Positions 27,498 through 40,600 of a stretch of 64,000 bases of DNA are shown here, one piece after another. A model generated the notes under the pieces. It saw only the letters and a list, made by a program, of their open reading frames with translations, did no database searches and was not told the DNA's origin. The stretch comes from Eledone cirrhosa (taxonomy: Eukaryota), in assembly GCA_964016885.1 (NCBI GenBank), contig OZ024740.1:301506001-301570000 (forward strand), given 5' to 3'. Numbering within the stretch: position 1 is the first letter of the stretch; the number at the start of each line of letters is the position of its first letter. The translations under genes were made by a program, and so were the position numbers.

Positions 27498-28767
27498 TTA
27501 TTAAGAATAAACCTTATCAGCTGCATTGCATAACAGTGTGTACGCTCTTTTGACTGTAGCTCACTCTGCACATATAAAATTGAAATATTAATTCCAGATA
27601 ATATCCATAAAATCTAAAACACAATCCTCGACGAAAATTTCGTTCTGACGGTTACATGAAAAGATAATTTGATAATCTAAAGCAAGATTTAGAAGGTAAA
27701 TCAATATTCAAAACGTATATATTCAAATGTTTTAATAATACACGTTACATATAAATATAGGAAAGTGAAATATATCTATTGCTGGATGTTCTCCCTAACG
27801 ACAACCATATTAATACAGTTTACACGCTGATTTTTGTCGTGACACGTACACGACAACTTTATAGCATGGAATTATCCTATCTATGGTGACACCTACATGA
27901 CCAATTTAAAGAGTGGACCGTGTGTTTTTGTAGTGGCACCTACTTGTATAAGCAGACATTACGGCCAAATACCTATACACCCCAGAGAAAAGCATTCCCT
28001 ATATGAAAAGAACAAATCTAGTAAACTTCACACTGGACAAACTTCTTTACGATTTCAATTACTTTCCTAAAAACTGATTTAGGAAAGTAATTGAAATCTT
28101 CATAAAACGTTAAACTAATAGTAATATATAGAGATCGGAGATAGAATGGAGAGATCAACTGTACATAGTAACACATTGTGAGCATATCACAGAAAGTGAA
28201 TGTAACATATCTTACAGTGAACCACAAACGAATATGAAAAATATTTTACAATATATAAAAATCCGTTTTAAGTGTAGTATATCTTCAGTAAGTCATACTT
28301 TAAATAGTGTTTTCCCGAGCTCACACACACTCACACATTATTATTTTTGACCCGAAATCCTGATAACACATTCCATGCTTTTCTACTCACTATTACATTA
28401 TCTCCCCTTGTGCAATGTAAGGAGCGACAGTGTTCTTTGTGAATACTTGTTTCACATATTTTAGAATGGCGCTGCGGAAATCGCACGGACACCTTATTCT
28501 CTTTTTCGTCATGTTCATAATTTTCGATTGAAGCTTTCCTAAACAGCACGGCAACAACAGGTTCCCGAGTCTTTGCACAAGGAGAAAAAGCCTAGGACTA
28601 GAGGAGTTGGCTAAAACTCTGAATTATCCCTGTATTCGTTATGTCTAGCAATTTTTATTTCGTCTCGTTTCCCATTTATTTCTTTACATTTCATATATCA
28701 CATTACGTCGCAAAATCGTACGTTCTCTTTTCTTTTCTCTGACCTTTTGATTACCATACACACACAC

Positions 28768-28800
<33 letters not shown>

Positions 28801-28953
28801 CGTGTATGTGTGCGTGTGGATGTATGTGTGTGTGTGCGTGTGCGAGTGTGTGCACATAATATAGTTTTCATATCAAATCTGTTAGATTGATCTTTCTAAT
28901 TTAGACAGTGATAGATGCGCGATGCACATGAGCTCAATTTTTATAGTACTATA

Positions 28954-29069
<116 letters not shown>

Positions 29070-29319
29070 GAGAGAGAGGTGGGAGATTATTATGGTGGGA
29101 AGCCATGATCAGTTGATTCATGTTTGTTTATAACTCTGTGATGCGTATTTCTCTAAAGATTATCAGTTATGATAGCCTGAAGTCTTCCGAATGCAAAGCC
29201 TATAAAAATAATAAAAGCTCCTAAAAAAATATTAAGTTTAAAAAGTTCCTATAACTTAGTCGAAAAAGATTCGTTTTTGAATAGAGGGGTCGGCCGAGCG
29301 GCGGCCAGCCCATATATAT

Positions 29320-29530
29320 ATATGAGAAAAACCACAGACCCTCCATTTCAACTCACCTTTTGAAAAGCATAAGAACTGCGAAACCGGTAAAGGAACCAAA
29401 TAAATATATATATTTTTAAAAAAATAAGACTTCAGTTGCATTTTCGATTTCATCTCTTTTTCTTTATACTTTCACTCGTGTAGGACACCTCGGTTATTTT
29501 TCATTTTGTAAAAAAAACCTCACTTTCTAA
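29320..29530 (+). mobile_element. family G PLE fragment with U3-A8 HHR motif (29356-29393)
   Basis: inverted near-identical copy of 14395-14605. Confidence 0.7.
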
Positions 29531-29541
29531 TATATATATAA

Positions 29542-29680
29542 GTTATTACACAACAGTTAGTTCACCATACCGAGAACAATCGTTTCACCTCAGCGGATCC
29601 TCAGCTCGTAATCTTTACGAGCTGAGGATCCGCTAATGTGACACAATTGTCCACGGTATGGTGATCTAACTGTTGTACTT
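29542..29680. mobile_element. small palindromic PLE derivative with HHR in both arms
   Basis: centre ~29612; minus strand cgag-CTGAGGA-tccgctgaggt-GAAAC-gatt-GTT^ctcg at ~29570-29608; plus-strand copy has GAAA mutated to GACA. Confidence 0.7.
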
Positions 29681-29954
29681 AACTATATATATAATGGTAC
29701 GTTTATGAACATACAAACTCGTATATCTGATGGGATGTAATAGAAAAGTGGGACCTTGCTTATTATGATCAATATGGAAACGATTGTTATCTGCCAATAA
29801 AATGTAATATATGTTGCAACAGTGACTTTGATCATATTTACATTTATTTGCACTCAGCACACAAACCCGATTTAGCAATGGAATACAACACGAAATGTGC
29901 ACCGAGATGTAAATGTAGTTACACGCTTAATAACCTATATATATTTATATTTAT

Positions 29955-29993
<39 letters not shown>

Positions 29994-31182
29994 CATACAT
30001 AAACGTTTCTTCTTTTTTGTTACGTGTCTGTCTGCTTTCGTGGAAGTATTTAATCGTGGGCGTGTGTTTTTAAGCTAGATGATATTAACGGTTGGTTCGT
30101 TTACGTAAATCCGTAACACGGTCATTTTCCTGAATATATTCTAATTAGTTTAGTAGTATAGCCCTAAAATGTTGTTCATCTAAATCATTTCGATTTTCAA
30201 ATATTATTGTTTTTGCAATTCATCATTGACACACTGAGTTCGATTAAACGAATTACAATCCTTTCAAAATGTGAATGTTTTTGGCTGATTTTAAGGAGAC
30301 TGTTTGCCAATTGAAAAGAAATGGTTCATTTACAGAATTACTAGGCTGTACAAAACTATGCGTAGTTGTAATTAGTTACATCTCAATAACGTCTGCCATT
30401 GAATTCAACAACATTCGACAATATCTTTCATTCTCCTGTGGTTGGCAAGTTACATTAAGGGTGCATCATAATCGGATTCCCTTAGACGTCCAGCTGCGAG
30501 ACATACCATCCATGTTATAAACAACACATTCAATGCTGAGAAAACTCTTAAAATATTAATAAATTCTGACGGATACATGCTATTTTCTTACAATTGTATC
30601 ATGTGCTTTGATGACTTAATATATGATACATGAAATCCATTCCAGAGGTATTTCGCCCTCGCAGCATTAGGTAACTAATCACGACTTTCTTAATAATCCT
30701 TCTCTGTAAGTAGATTATATTAGTAATCTTTTCCTAAAGCCAGCTACCAGCTTTTGTTTCTCCTTTTCACTTCATTAGAAATTCTTGTCATCGAAACTGT
30801 CTGATCTCTCCATACGGAAAACGCTGTCACTTGCAGATTAGCAGACGGTCTAGAGAGCCATTATTTTATCTCTATTCTAAATAATACAAATCACATAAGC
30901 TAAAAACAATTGTATTGCTATGTTTTCTTATGTGGTTTTGGATTTTCTTTTCTCTTATTGAATTATGACTGAGGAATTCTACGAGTTTTTTTGTTTTTTT
31001 TTCACAGAATTGCCAATGAAGAATCTCGTAGAAATACTAGGTTATATTTGTTATATTTGAGTCGAATAAATTGTGTATGGTAAGTCTTATGATTTGATCA
31101 TTAATAATTTGGCAATATAACTATGGCACTACACGTTCATTATATAAAACTGCTTAAAAACTTAGCCCTATTATACATCCAT

Positions 31183-31365
31183 TGGTGGAGTGGCTGTATC
31201 GGTAGAGGGTCGGATCCCATGCTTTGACGCATAGAGTTACGGCCCTTGCCATTCTGAGTTCAAATGCCACCGAGGATAATTTGCCTTTCATCCTTACGGG
31301 GTCGATAAAATAAAGTAGCAGTAATGCACTAGATAATTGCTGGCCTTGTGCCAAAAGTAGAAACG
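31183..31365 (+). mobile_element. SINE family S
   Basis: matches the other copies. Confidence 0.85.
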
Positions 31366-31529
31366 ACTTTTATAAATAGGGAGGGAAGTTGTAAAAAACA
31401 TGACATATCACCATATTCTCCTTAAGCAATTGTTAGATAAAAGTGAGGAAACATATAGACAGGTATATTAGAACTATATTAAGCATGACTGTTTTCAAGT
31501 ATCATGCATCAGAGACTACATTTTCCTAT

Positions 31530-31610
31530 TTCTCACACACTCACACTACTACTCTAAGTATTGAGTACTATGGTGTGTTATGGTCCATATGGCTCCTTAC
31601 CACATTTCCT

Positions 31611-31615
<5 letters not shown>
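31530..31615 (+). mobile_element. family A tail-only fragment
   Basis: ctactactctaagtattgagtactatggtgtgttatggtcc...ccttaccacatttccttcg followed by (TA)n. Confidence 0.7.
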
Positions 31616-31644
<29 letters not shown>

Positions 31645-31652
<8 letters not shown>

Positions 31653-32350
31653 TATAGAAGTTTGCTTGAAGCATTGTGGAATAATAAGGTAAATTACTTT
31701 AAGTCGTTTGGAAGCCTCGACAATGCAGATGGGTAAATCTCCGGGTAACAAGATCCGGTGGTGGAGAGAGAGATGTAAGTGGGTGTACGGTGAGATGCGT
31801 GGCGTGTAGAAGACTGCTAGTGAGTAGAGGAATGTAGGAAAGAGCGTAAAGGATAAAAATAAAAATAACAACACGAGATAGAGTTTCCTTGGGAGAGATT
31901 TCATTGTCCCTACATATTTCGGATTCACATCCATCAACAGACGTTTTTTTCCGGGGTGGTGGGGGTTGGTGAGTTGGGGGGTGAAAGGTTGTCTGTCCGA
32001 AAGGTGCGAAACGTGTCCTCCGCTGTTCGTTGTTTTGAAAACAATGAACAGCGGAGGACACGTTTCGCACCTTTCCGGTAGACAACCCCCCCCCCCTCCC
32101 CCGGAAATAACCCTAGTTGATGGATGTGAATCCGGAATATATATGGAACATTAAATCTCTCCCAACGTAACTCTATCTCGTGTTGTTATTTTTATTTTTA
32201 TCCTTTACGCTCTTTCCTACTTACGCTGCAGTCTTCTACGCGCCACGCATCTCAATGTACACCCACTTACATCTCTCTCTCTCCACCACCGGATCTTGTT
32301 ACCCGGAGATTTACCCATCTTCATTGTCGAGGCTTCCAAACGACTTAAAA
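31645..32350. mobile_element. large palindromic PLE derivative, family B (centre 32037)
   Basis: arms ~31699-32036 / 32038-32348, tail 31645-31698, (TA)n flanks. Confidence 0.85.
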
Positions 32351-32467
32351 ATATATAATATATATATATATACATATATTATACTTATATATATATATAT
32401 ATAGAAATGAAAAGTATTGAAATTATTATGAGCACACACACACACATATATATATATATATTTTTTT

Positions 32468-33515
32468 TTCTTTCGCACCCTTGGTCAGGCAGGTTCGCTT
32501 TTTTCTCTCTCTCTCCTCTACGATTTCACAGAATTTACGTTCACCGAATTCACAGTCTAGATTCCTTCTTCCTTCCGTTAGACCTGTACGGAATTCCTTC
32601 CTTGCTCACATTCCAACCAGGTTTGATGGTCTTTATTCTCTCTCGTTCACGATTTCACCAAACTTATATTCATGGAAATTTGGGACTTGACTCATTCTTC
32701 CTCATTTTTCGTTGCTTCACCATTTTTGTTTGATTACACTCTCGTGTGCCCTTTATTTACGTGTCCCAACGACTTTTTTTAGCCGTTTCTCGCACCAACC
32801 GGAGGTATATGGTCTTTAAAGCGATGAAATACCAATGATGGTTGGAATATCACTGATGAAGGACTAACTTTATTCATATGTAACCCAATAGCAACCACGC
32901 AGCACGTTTATTCTCATATTTACACATATTTTTCCCCCGCTGTGATCCGTCTATTTCAGTCTTACTGCTTCCTCTTTCTCTGTATCTTTATCCTCTCTAA
33001 CAGTCACTCTCTATGTTAGCCTCTTCCTCACCCTTCACTCACTCAATCTCTGTTACTACCTCTCCTCCTGCTCCTTCTTCCCGTTTGACCTGTGCGTAAT
33101 TCTTCTCTTTCGCACCCTTGGTCAGACAGGTTCGCTTTTTTTCTCTCTCTCGTCTACGATTTCACAGAACTTACGTTCACCGAATTCACAGACTAGGTTC
33201 CTTCTTTCTCCCGTTAGACCTGTACGGAATTCCTTCCTTGCTCACATTCCAACCAGGTTTGATGGTCTTTATTCTCTCTCGTTCACGATTTCACCGAACT
33301 TATATTCATGGAAATTTGGGACTTGACTCCTTCTTCCTCACTTTTCGTTGCTTCACCATCTTTGTTTGTTTACACTCTCGTGTCCCCTTTATTTACGTGT
33401 CCCAACGACTTTTTTTAGCCGTTGCTCGCACCAACCGGAGGTATATGGTCTTTAAAGAGATGAAATACCAATCATGGTTGGAAGATCACTGATGAAGGAC
33501 AAACTTTATTCATAT
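32468..33515. repeat. two ~410-bp direct repeats around a ~230-bp spacer (tandem pseudo-LTR-like)
   Basis: ~32468-32878 and ~33106-33514 are highly similar; TA-rich flanks. Confidence 0.8.
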
Positions 33516-33559
33516 ATATACGTGATCGAGACGAAACGAGGATGTATTTGAATACATTA

Positions 33560-33850
33560 AATAATGAGAAGACTCATCGCTAGAACAGCCATATACTGTC
33601 AAAGACAGCTATGTGCAAGATTGACTTAGAGGACAGAAACCAGCCCTTTCGGTGCGTCGGCACACACCTCTTTGACCCCTAAACCTTCAATGCTTTCCAT
33701 ATTTCATCTGCTTTTGACGCAGCCCGTTGATCATCTGTCAGTCGAGGGCTGGGCACTGGTGTCTGTACTGTGAGGCATGTCTGATCATCGCTGTCCTTTG
33801 ACACCAGTCGGGTGTTTTAAGGGCTGTTCTAGCGATGAGGTTTCTCATTT
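33560..33850. mobile_element. fold-back element with degenerate HHR-like motif
   Basis: aatgagaagactcatcgctagaacagcc / ggctgttctagcgatgaggtttctcatt; minus strand TCAAAGA-GGTGTGT(gccg)ACGCACC-GAAA at 33647-33675. Confidence 0.55.
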
Positions 33851-35064
33851 ATATATAATATATTTATCTTGTTTTTGAGCTATGTTATGCTGCTAAATTT
33901 ATAATTTCAAGTGACGAATATATACCTAGTTCTCTGTATCCCTAGTTCTATTTTACTTATTGATTTCTCAAAGGTGGGTGCTGATTTACTGGCGTTTGAA
34001 TCTGATGTTTGTTATTGTTTTTTATTTAAGCAATATTTCATCTCACACGTGCCCTATAATCGTGAGATGATGTACTTATAATTCCGATAGATACTATCTA
34101 AATGAATAAAGCACTACAGTTGTGCGTCACTAAAGTGGATCAAGATGCATCATATATATATATAAATACTGTATAATTAATCTATATATTCTGCTACAGA
34201 ACAGGTCGTAGTTGGTAGATAACGATACGCAAAACAGATACGATGGCTAGTTGCAATGCGATATGAGCGAGCACCTGGCAGACGGATAAGCAACTCTGGA
34301 CTAAAAGCAATAACTCACTAGGGGAGATGGAATGACAGGTGACATATTTATCTCCCCAAAAAGCTCTTAAAACCCAGTTATGTTGCTACGGCGACTCGAG
34401 AAAAGGCCGTCGGTAAAATAGCCTATTGTTTGGAGGTCAGAGAAAAGTACCAGATAGGTTAATGGCGCGAAGAAGACCAACAAACATCACTGCAATATGG
34501 TAAGGCACAATGGAGTCACTCATACCGCATTGTCTTTCAGGGATACGTTCAGGACATATCTAGGAGGTGCCTGATCGAAGAAATATTTTGCAGTCTCCAT
34601 TTCATGGTGTAAAGCTAGCGATGGGCTTATGACTAGGCCTGAGAGGCGTGGGATGGGCGCACAACGATTGTGTGTAGCGAGAATCAAAAGAAAATATTGA
34701 AGGGAGCAAATCGTAAAAGGTGGAACCTGGTATATCATAAACTTTACAGAAAAGGAGCAGGAACTTGTGGAGAGTTTGTCGAAACTGACGCCACGATCCT
34801 CCCAGGAATAATTTGGCAAAGATGTTCAATTGCTAATCGTCTGTTTGTTTCCAAAAACCAGAGATATTAGTTCTCGGATCCATATGACAGTCTTTTCAAA
34901 TATATCATAATAAATAAAACAAGATTCCAAAACTACACCGTTTCTTGCATACACATAGTTTTTATCTCTGCTTTCATTTTGTGTGTAAATTATTTCGCAA
35001 ATGGTCACATTTCACATTGTAATTCCGAATCGTTTTTATATGGGGCATGGTTCTGAATTAATTG

Positions 35065-35155
<91 letters not shown>

Positions 35156-35185
35156 TATGTATATTTAATATATATATATATATAG

Positions 35186-36735
35186 GATAAATTATGACCC
35201 CGACGGCAGAGCTCAAGCCGTTTTGACGGCTATTTCTGGAGTAAAGTAAGAGTTTTTTTTAGTTTGGTAAATAAATAGCCTAACTTTTCAAGGGCCTTAT
35301 ATGGAAATAGTGTAGTTGTCAAGGTGATTAGTCAAAATTTGTAGCGGACCCAGAAAAGTATATCAGGGCAATGGGTGTGGGGTTGGGATGGATAAACGTG
35401 CCTGTAGAACGATTGGAAAGTGGGTAGAGCCGGTCAAGCGTAGAAGGTGAAATATACACGGCAAATTCAAAGGAATGTGTATGAAAACGCCAGAGGAGGT
35501 TGGCGAAAATGGTATCTTTAGAAACTGGAGGAGGGACGTTATGGAGATAGTAATTCAAATGCGATTAGGGCGACAAAGAAAAAAAATATAATGAAAAAGA
35601 ATATAATAAAAAAAATGAGTGAAATATGCAACAGAAAGTAAGATTGGAAAGTGAGAAGTGAAAAAAGGAGTTTAACACAGCTGCTATATTTCGGCCAAAC
35701 CCACAGAAAGAGATGGTAGATGAGAATAATTGAAGAATTTAGTATTAAAAAGTTAGTATTAAAAATTAATACCACATATCTGCGGACTAACACAGCTGCT
35801 ATGAATAGTTAGTGTAGCGTAATCAGCGAAAGCTATCTGTAGGTTACTAGCGTGGGGGTACTGAGGTTAAAGAGACCCGATGGGCTGCCTCGGGGTGACA
35901 AAAGGGGAAACACAAAAAAAAAGAAACGAACGAGGAAGAAGTTCGGTGGTGCAAATAAGTGATATGGGGAGACAAAGGGAAGAAGAGAACATGGAGGAAA
36001 AGAAAAGAGGTATATCTACCTATATCAGTATGGGTTTACCCTATCTTATTCGGCAAGTGGGATGTTTCAGCCCTACTCCATCCACCCGGATCGTTAGCGG
36101 GTTTGAGGGCGAGGTAAGTCTTCCGCAATCTGTGTTTGCATGCAGTTACCAGTTCATCTGTTTTTGTTTAGGAGTTGACCCTTCGTAAACAGCATTTGTA
36201 ATGTTCTCTCCGAGCATAAGTTACACAGACGGCGTCCTCCCGTGTAAGAATTAGCTCTGGACAGTAAGCTCCAAGTAAGATGGTAAGTTATATTATTATC
36301 TTGGAGGTCCCAGATATGGCCCGAAAGAGTGGTGGCATGTCGCCGGACCGGGTTCCGGAACGTATGTCGGTGTTGGTAGAGCCGGGTCTTAAAGTCACTT
36401 GACCGGCTACCCACTCCCCTATCGTTCTACAGGCAAGTTCAGCCATCCCCACCCCGCACCCATTGCCATGATATACTTTTATGTGTCCGCTACAAATTTT
36501 GACCAATCCACTTGACAACTACAATATTTCCATATGAGGAAGTACCCTTGAAAAGTTCGGCCATTTATTGACCAGACTAAAAAGACTCTTACTTTAGTCC
36601 AGAAATAGCCGTCGAAACAGCTTAAGCTCTGCCGTCGGGGTCATACTTTCTCCTATTATTCACTCTTCTACCATAAGTATTGAGTATTCTGGTGCGCTAT
36701 TGTCCATCTGGTTCCTAACCACAACTCCTCCGTTA
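35186..36735 (-). mobile_element. 5'-truncated PLE, family A: GIY-YIG remnant, 3' region and inverted pseudo-LTR with tail
   Basis: ~35186-35388 is the inverse of ~36445-36653; tail 36655-36735; internal endonuclease remnant; (TA)n on both sides. Confidence 0.85.
36154..36414 (-). pseudogene. PLE GIY-YIG endonuclease C-terminal remnant
   Basis: FKTRLYQHRHTF..TTLSGHIWDL..YHLTWSLL..Y..CNLCSE, the pattern of PLE GIY-YIG domains. Confidence 0.75.
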
Positions 36736-36754
36736 TATATATATACATATATAT

Positions 36755-36849
<95 letters not shown>

Positions 36850-36856
36850 TATATCA

Positions 36857-37030
36857 GGACCCGATTGCTTAGCTCCGGCCATTTCGACAGCTGGTTTGGA
36901 TCTATCTGTCGAAATGGCGGTGCTCAGCCATCGGGGTCCTGACTCTTTTCCTATACCCACTCTACCACCCTAAGTATAGAGTACTCTGGTGCATAATGGT
37001 CCACCTGGTTTCTCACCATAGTTTTTTAAA
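36857..37030 (+). mobile_element. diverged family A fold-back copy
   Basis: short arms around ~36899 plus family A tail (taagtatagagtactctggtgcataatggtccacctgg). Confidence 0.7.
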
Positions 37031-37079
37031 TTATATATTTATTTATATATATATATATATATACATATATACACACATA

Positions 37080-37300
37080 TGTACGTATGGGTTTTATCGA
37101 ACATTAATAATAATGTTCTACTCGTTTGTAAATAAAATGCCCGATCTGAAGCTGTGCCATGCCGATCGTCACCCGTTTGTTCAACACTGGTTTTGAGGAA
37201 CAATCAACATGTTTCTGGACCATTGCCATTCATCTGGACTGTATATCTCAGCCAGTCTGTTGAACAGTTAAAACTATATACTACTTTCTTAAGTACACAC
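37080..37300 (-). mobile_element. single-arm family C fragment with decayed HHR
   Basis: similar to 4275-4545 and 7100-7330. Confidence 0.65.
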
Positions 37301-37356
37301 CGGCAAAAATTCAACTCGGCCCTTTGTTAACTAAGAAATCGAATATTATTATTAAT

Positions 37357-37545
37357 GTGGTGGATTGGCAGTATCGGTAGAGGGTCGGACGCCATGCTTT
37401 CCAGCATAGTTACGTCCCTTTACGATCTGAGTTCAAATCCCGCCAGGTTAACTTTGCCTTTCATCCTTACGGGGTCGATAAAATAAAGTACTAGTAATGC
37501 ACTTGTTAATTGCTGGCCTTGTGCCTAAAAGTAGAAACAATTAAT
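37357..37545 (+). mobile_element. SINE family S
   Basis: near-identical to the 27310 and 59259 copies. Confidence 0.9.
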
Positions 37546-37567
37546 AATGTACCATATAACCCACACA

Positions 37568-37610
<43 letters not shown>

Positions 37611-37643
37611 GTATGTGTGTAGATGTATGTATATATATACATG

Positions 37644-37676
<33 letters not shown>

Positions 37677-40600
37677 ATGTGTATATATATATATATGTAT
37701 GTATGTGTGTGTGTGTGTGTATGTGTGTGTATGTGTGTGCGTGTACATGTGCATACTTACATTTATATATCAGCTGTGCTAAGGCGAGAAATTAAATTCT
37801 AAATTTATATATATATATATATTCATATATTCTAGAATAGTACACCGGTGAAATAAAATTCGAATATTATGAAGCAAGTTTATTTCCTAATAATTTCTTA
37901 GTTACGGAATTCCGAATTACGGCTTTTAACAAGATCTAAGCGATCTGTAATTGTAGGTGTAATCACACATCAAGTAAAAAAATACCATGTGTAGTAAGTA
38001 AATATTTCTAGTAAAATAGCTAGGTTACCGTCTTCTGTATAACATTACTCGTAAATTCTTCATGTATACTGTAAAATAGTAAATTTTACTAAGACAATGG
38101 GTAACATTCGCTTGCGCTCTGTAATAACGAACATTAGAAAAAACAATCAATATTTGATTCTCTAGCAGGTACAACGATCTGACGTCATGCACATTCTTCG
38201 TAATTGCACGTCAAAACCTTACATATAATGATCTCGTCATATTTTTTTTTCTTTCAAGCACTATGAAAAACGTAGCGTCTATTTGCCTAAGTGATTAATA
38301 TATATTTAATGGAAATTTAAAACAGAAGTTATGTGAAGCAAATCATTAGTTGAAGTGTGTTATCTTTTGTTTCTAAATTATATGCTGACTTGCAAAATTG
38401 TAACTAACAAAAATATTACGACTTAACTAACATTATCTTGAGACATTTTATCACAGATGGGTGAATAAAAACATTTGAAATTATATATTCAAATGAACAT
38501 TGAATTCGTTTTCTTTACTTCAAAGTCTATCACATAAACGAAAAGAAATATGCTCATACAAGATTTTCTCATTAGAAATTATTATTTTATACAATTTTCT
38601 CATATAAAAATTGACGTACCTTATACAAGAGTAGAAAGACATTTCATCAGAAATGAATTGACTATAAATTACAAGTCAAATTATCATGAGCAAGCAGAAT
38701 GTTCCAATAAAAGCAATCAATATTATTTGATATATATTTATATATTTAAATAATTAAAAATGCTTTAAAACTTTCACAAATCTAGTATATGATGCGTACA
38801 GACTTTGAGTAATATTTCTACATTCATGCGGTGTATATGTAGAGATGAGCGTAGATATACGTAAATAGGTATGTAAGTAGAAAACTAGACAAAGAGTGGA
38901 AGAAGATATAAATTTCAACGAGTATCCAATTGTAGATATATATTCCTAGGCATATATATGCTAGATTATATGTTTATGTAAAAAGTGATGAGATAATATA
39001 CTTACATGATAATCAAGGGATTATCAATCTGACGCCAATGTTTCCTTGTTCCTAGCTCACCACTGCCAAATATACAGGGAATTGCTCTAATAATGCAAAC
39101 GCATATAACTATAAATCTGATGTGTAGGCACATTTTGTATTCGTATCGTTTTCTACACCATGTCCTGCAGTTAAAGACATAAAATACATTTCAGCGAGCA
39201 TGGTACAGATAATGGATTTTCATTACTGCAATTGGACTTTCGCGTGTTGTTCAGCAATGCAATACGGTTGCACAGAAATTATATCATAGGCTGGAGTAGC
39301 AGCAGTACCACGATCAACGATTCTGTTGCTGCCTTCGTTGAAGTGTTATCGGTACGCAAGCACTAGGTTCTAGCATCTTCTACGTAAATTTGTGATCTAA
39401 ATAATGAGATCGCATATGTGAGGTTTATGGCCGTTTCTTAATAATTCCTAGCATGTTTTGGCAGGTTTGAATTTATTTGCTTTTATTGTGAAACCTGATA
39501 ATAATTTACACAATAACAACAATAACATCGTCGAATACGTCAGGTAACATATCCATAAACGCGAAAAGATGTAAACAGAAGCAACTGCAGAAATCGAGCA
39601 ATAAAACAATCCTGTGCTTCACTGCTACGATATTTACCATACTAAAGGGATCCGGCCAACCCTTTGGTGTATCATTAGCTGTTCTACGAGGTGACTAAAG
39701 ATAACAATTTAGAGAAAAATTCTGAAGGTTTGAAATTTTGTAAATAGATGAGCCTTTATTGTGAGAAAAGATTTTCCATCTGAGGCTTATATATTCCTTT
39801 AACTTTTATACAGTTGCCTCTTTCTTAAAGAAAGATAAGATCAGATTTTATTTAATACGGATTCCAAACTTCAAACTGCTTTGCCCTTTTTATGTCACTT
39901 TATTTTTTGAATTCGGACCTTTATCTATCTAAATCCCTCTGAACTCAAGTACAATATTATCAACTGAAAAGGTAAAATGAAGAATAGACATGTTGATAAG
40001 AATCCGAAAAACTAGGTCCACGTTACGGCCAAACTCACAGGTTTGAAACATATATTAGACTAAGTCTATTATCATTAGGCGTTTATGTTCCTAGTTCAAT
40101 TGAGAGTGAGACTCTTATTGTGTTTCGGATTTCTAATATAGGATGAATTAAACCTTTTGTTTTAAACATGTATATACTCCACCATTGAATTGGCAGGGAC
40201 ATATCTAGAAAATAAAATTGATTTAAATTTCAGATGAAATTATATTGAAATTTCACGAATACATTTTTGCAATAAAGAAATAAAGGCAAGAACGACTCTT
40301 GTAATAGTATTTGCAAATATTTGAGAGTGAATGTGCTGTTAAGATTTATATAAAAGAAAAAAAGTAAACAAATCCGTATTTGTTATAGCTAACTAATTAT
40401 ACATATTTGAAATAGATCTGGATTTGTGAACTTTATTCCATATGTTTTAAGGGATAATGCCCAATAATATAAAGGGATAGGGAAACAGTTTCCGGCGAAA
40501 AATGAATTGCAATAAACGAATGTATGAGTCTCGTGATGAAATTCATTCATGCATAATGTGGAGTATACAAAAGTAAAATTAGTACATTTATTTATTTAAA

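Noticed and set aside
34180-34900. Possible LINE remnant or exon
   Set aside because: GC-richer with only faint RTE C-terminal resemblance; no diagnostic motif
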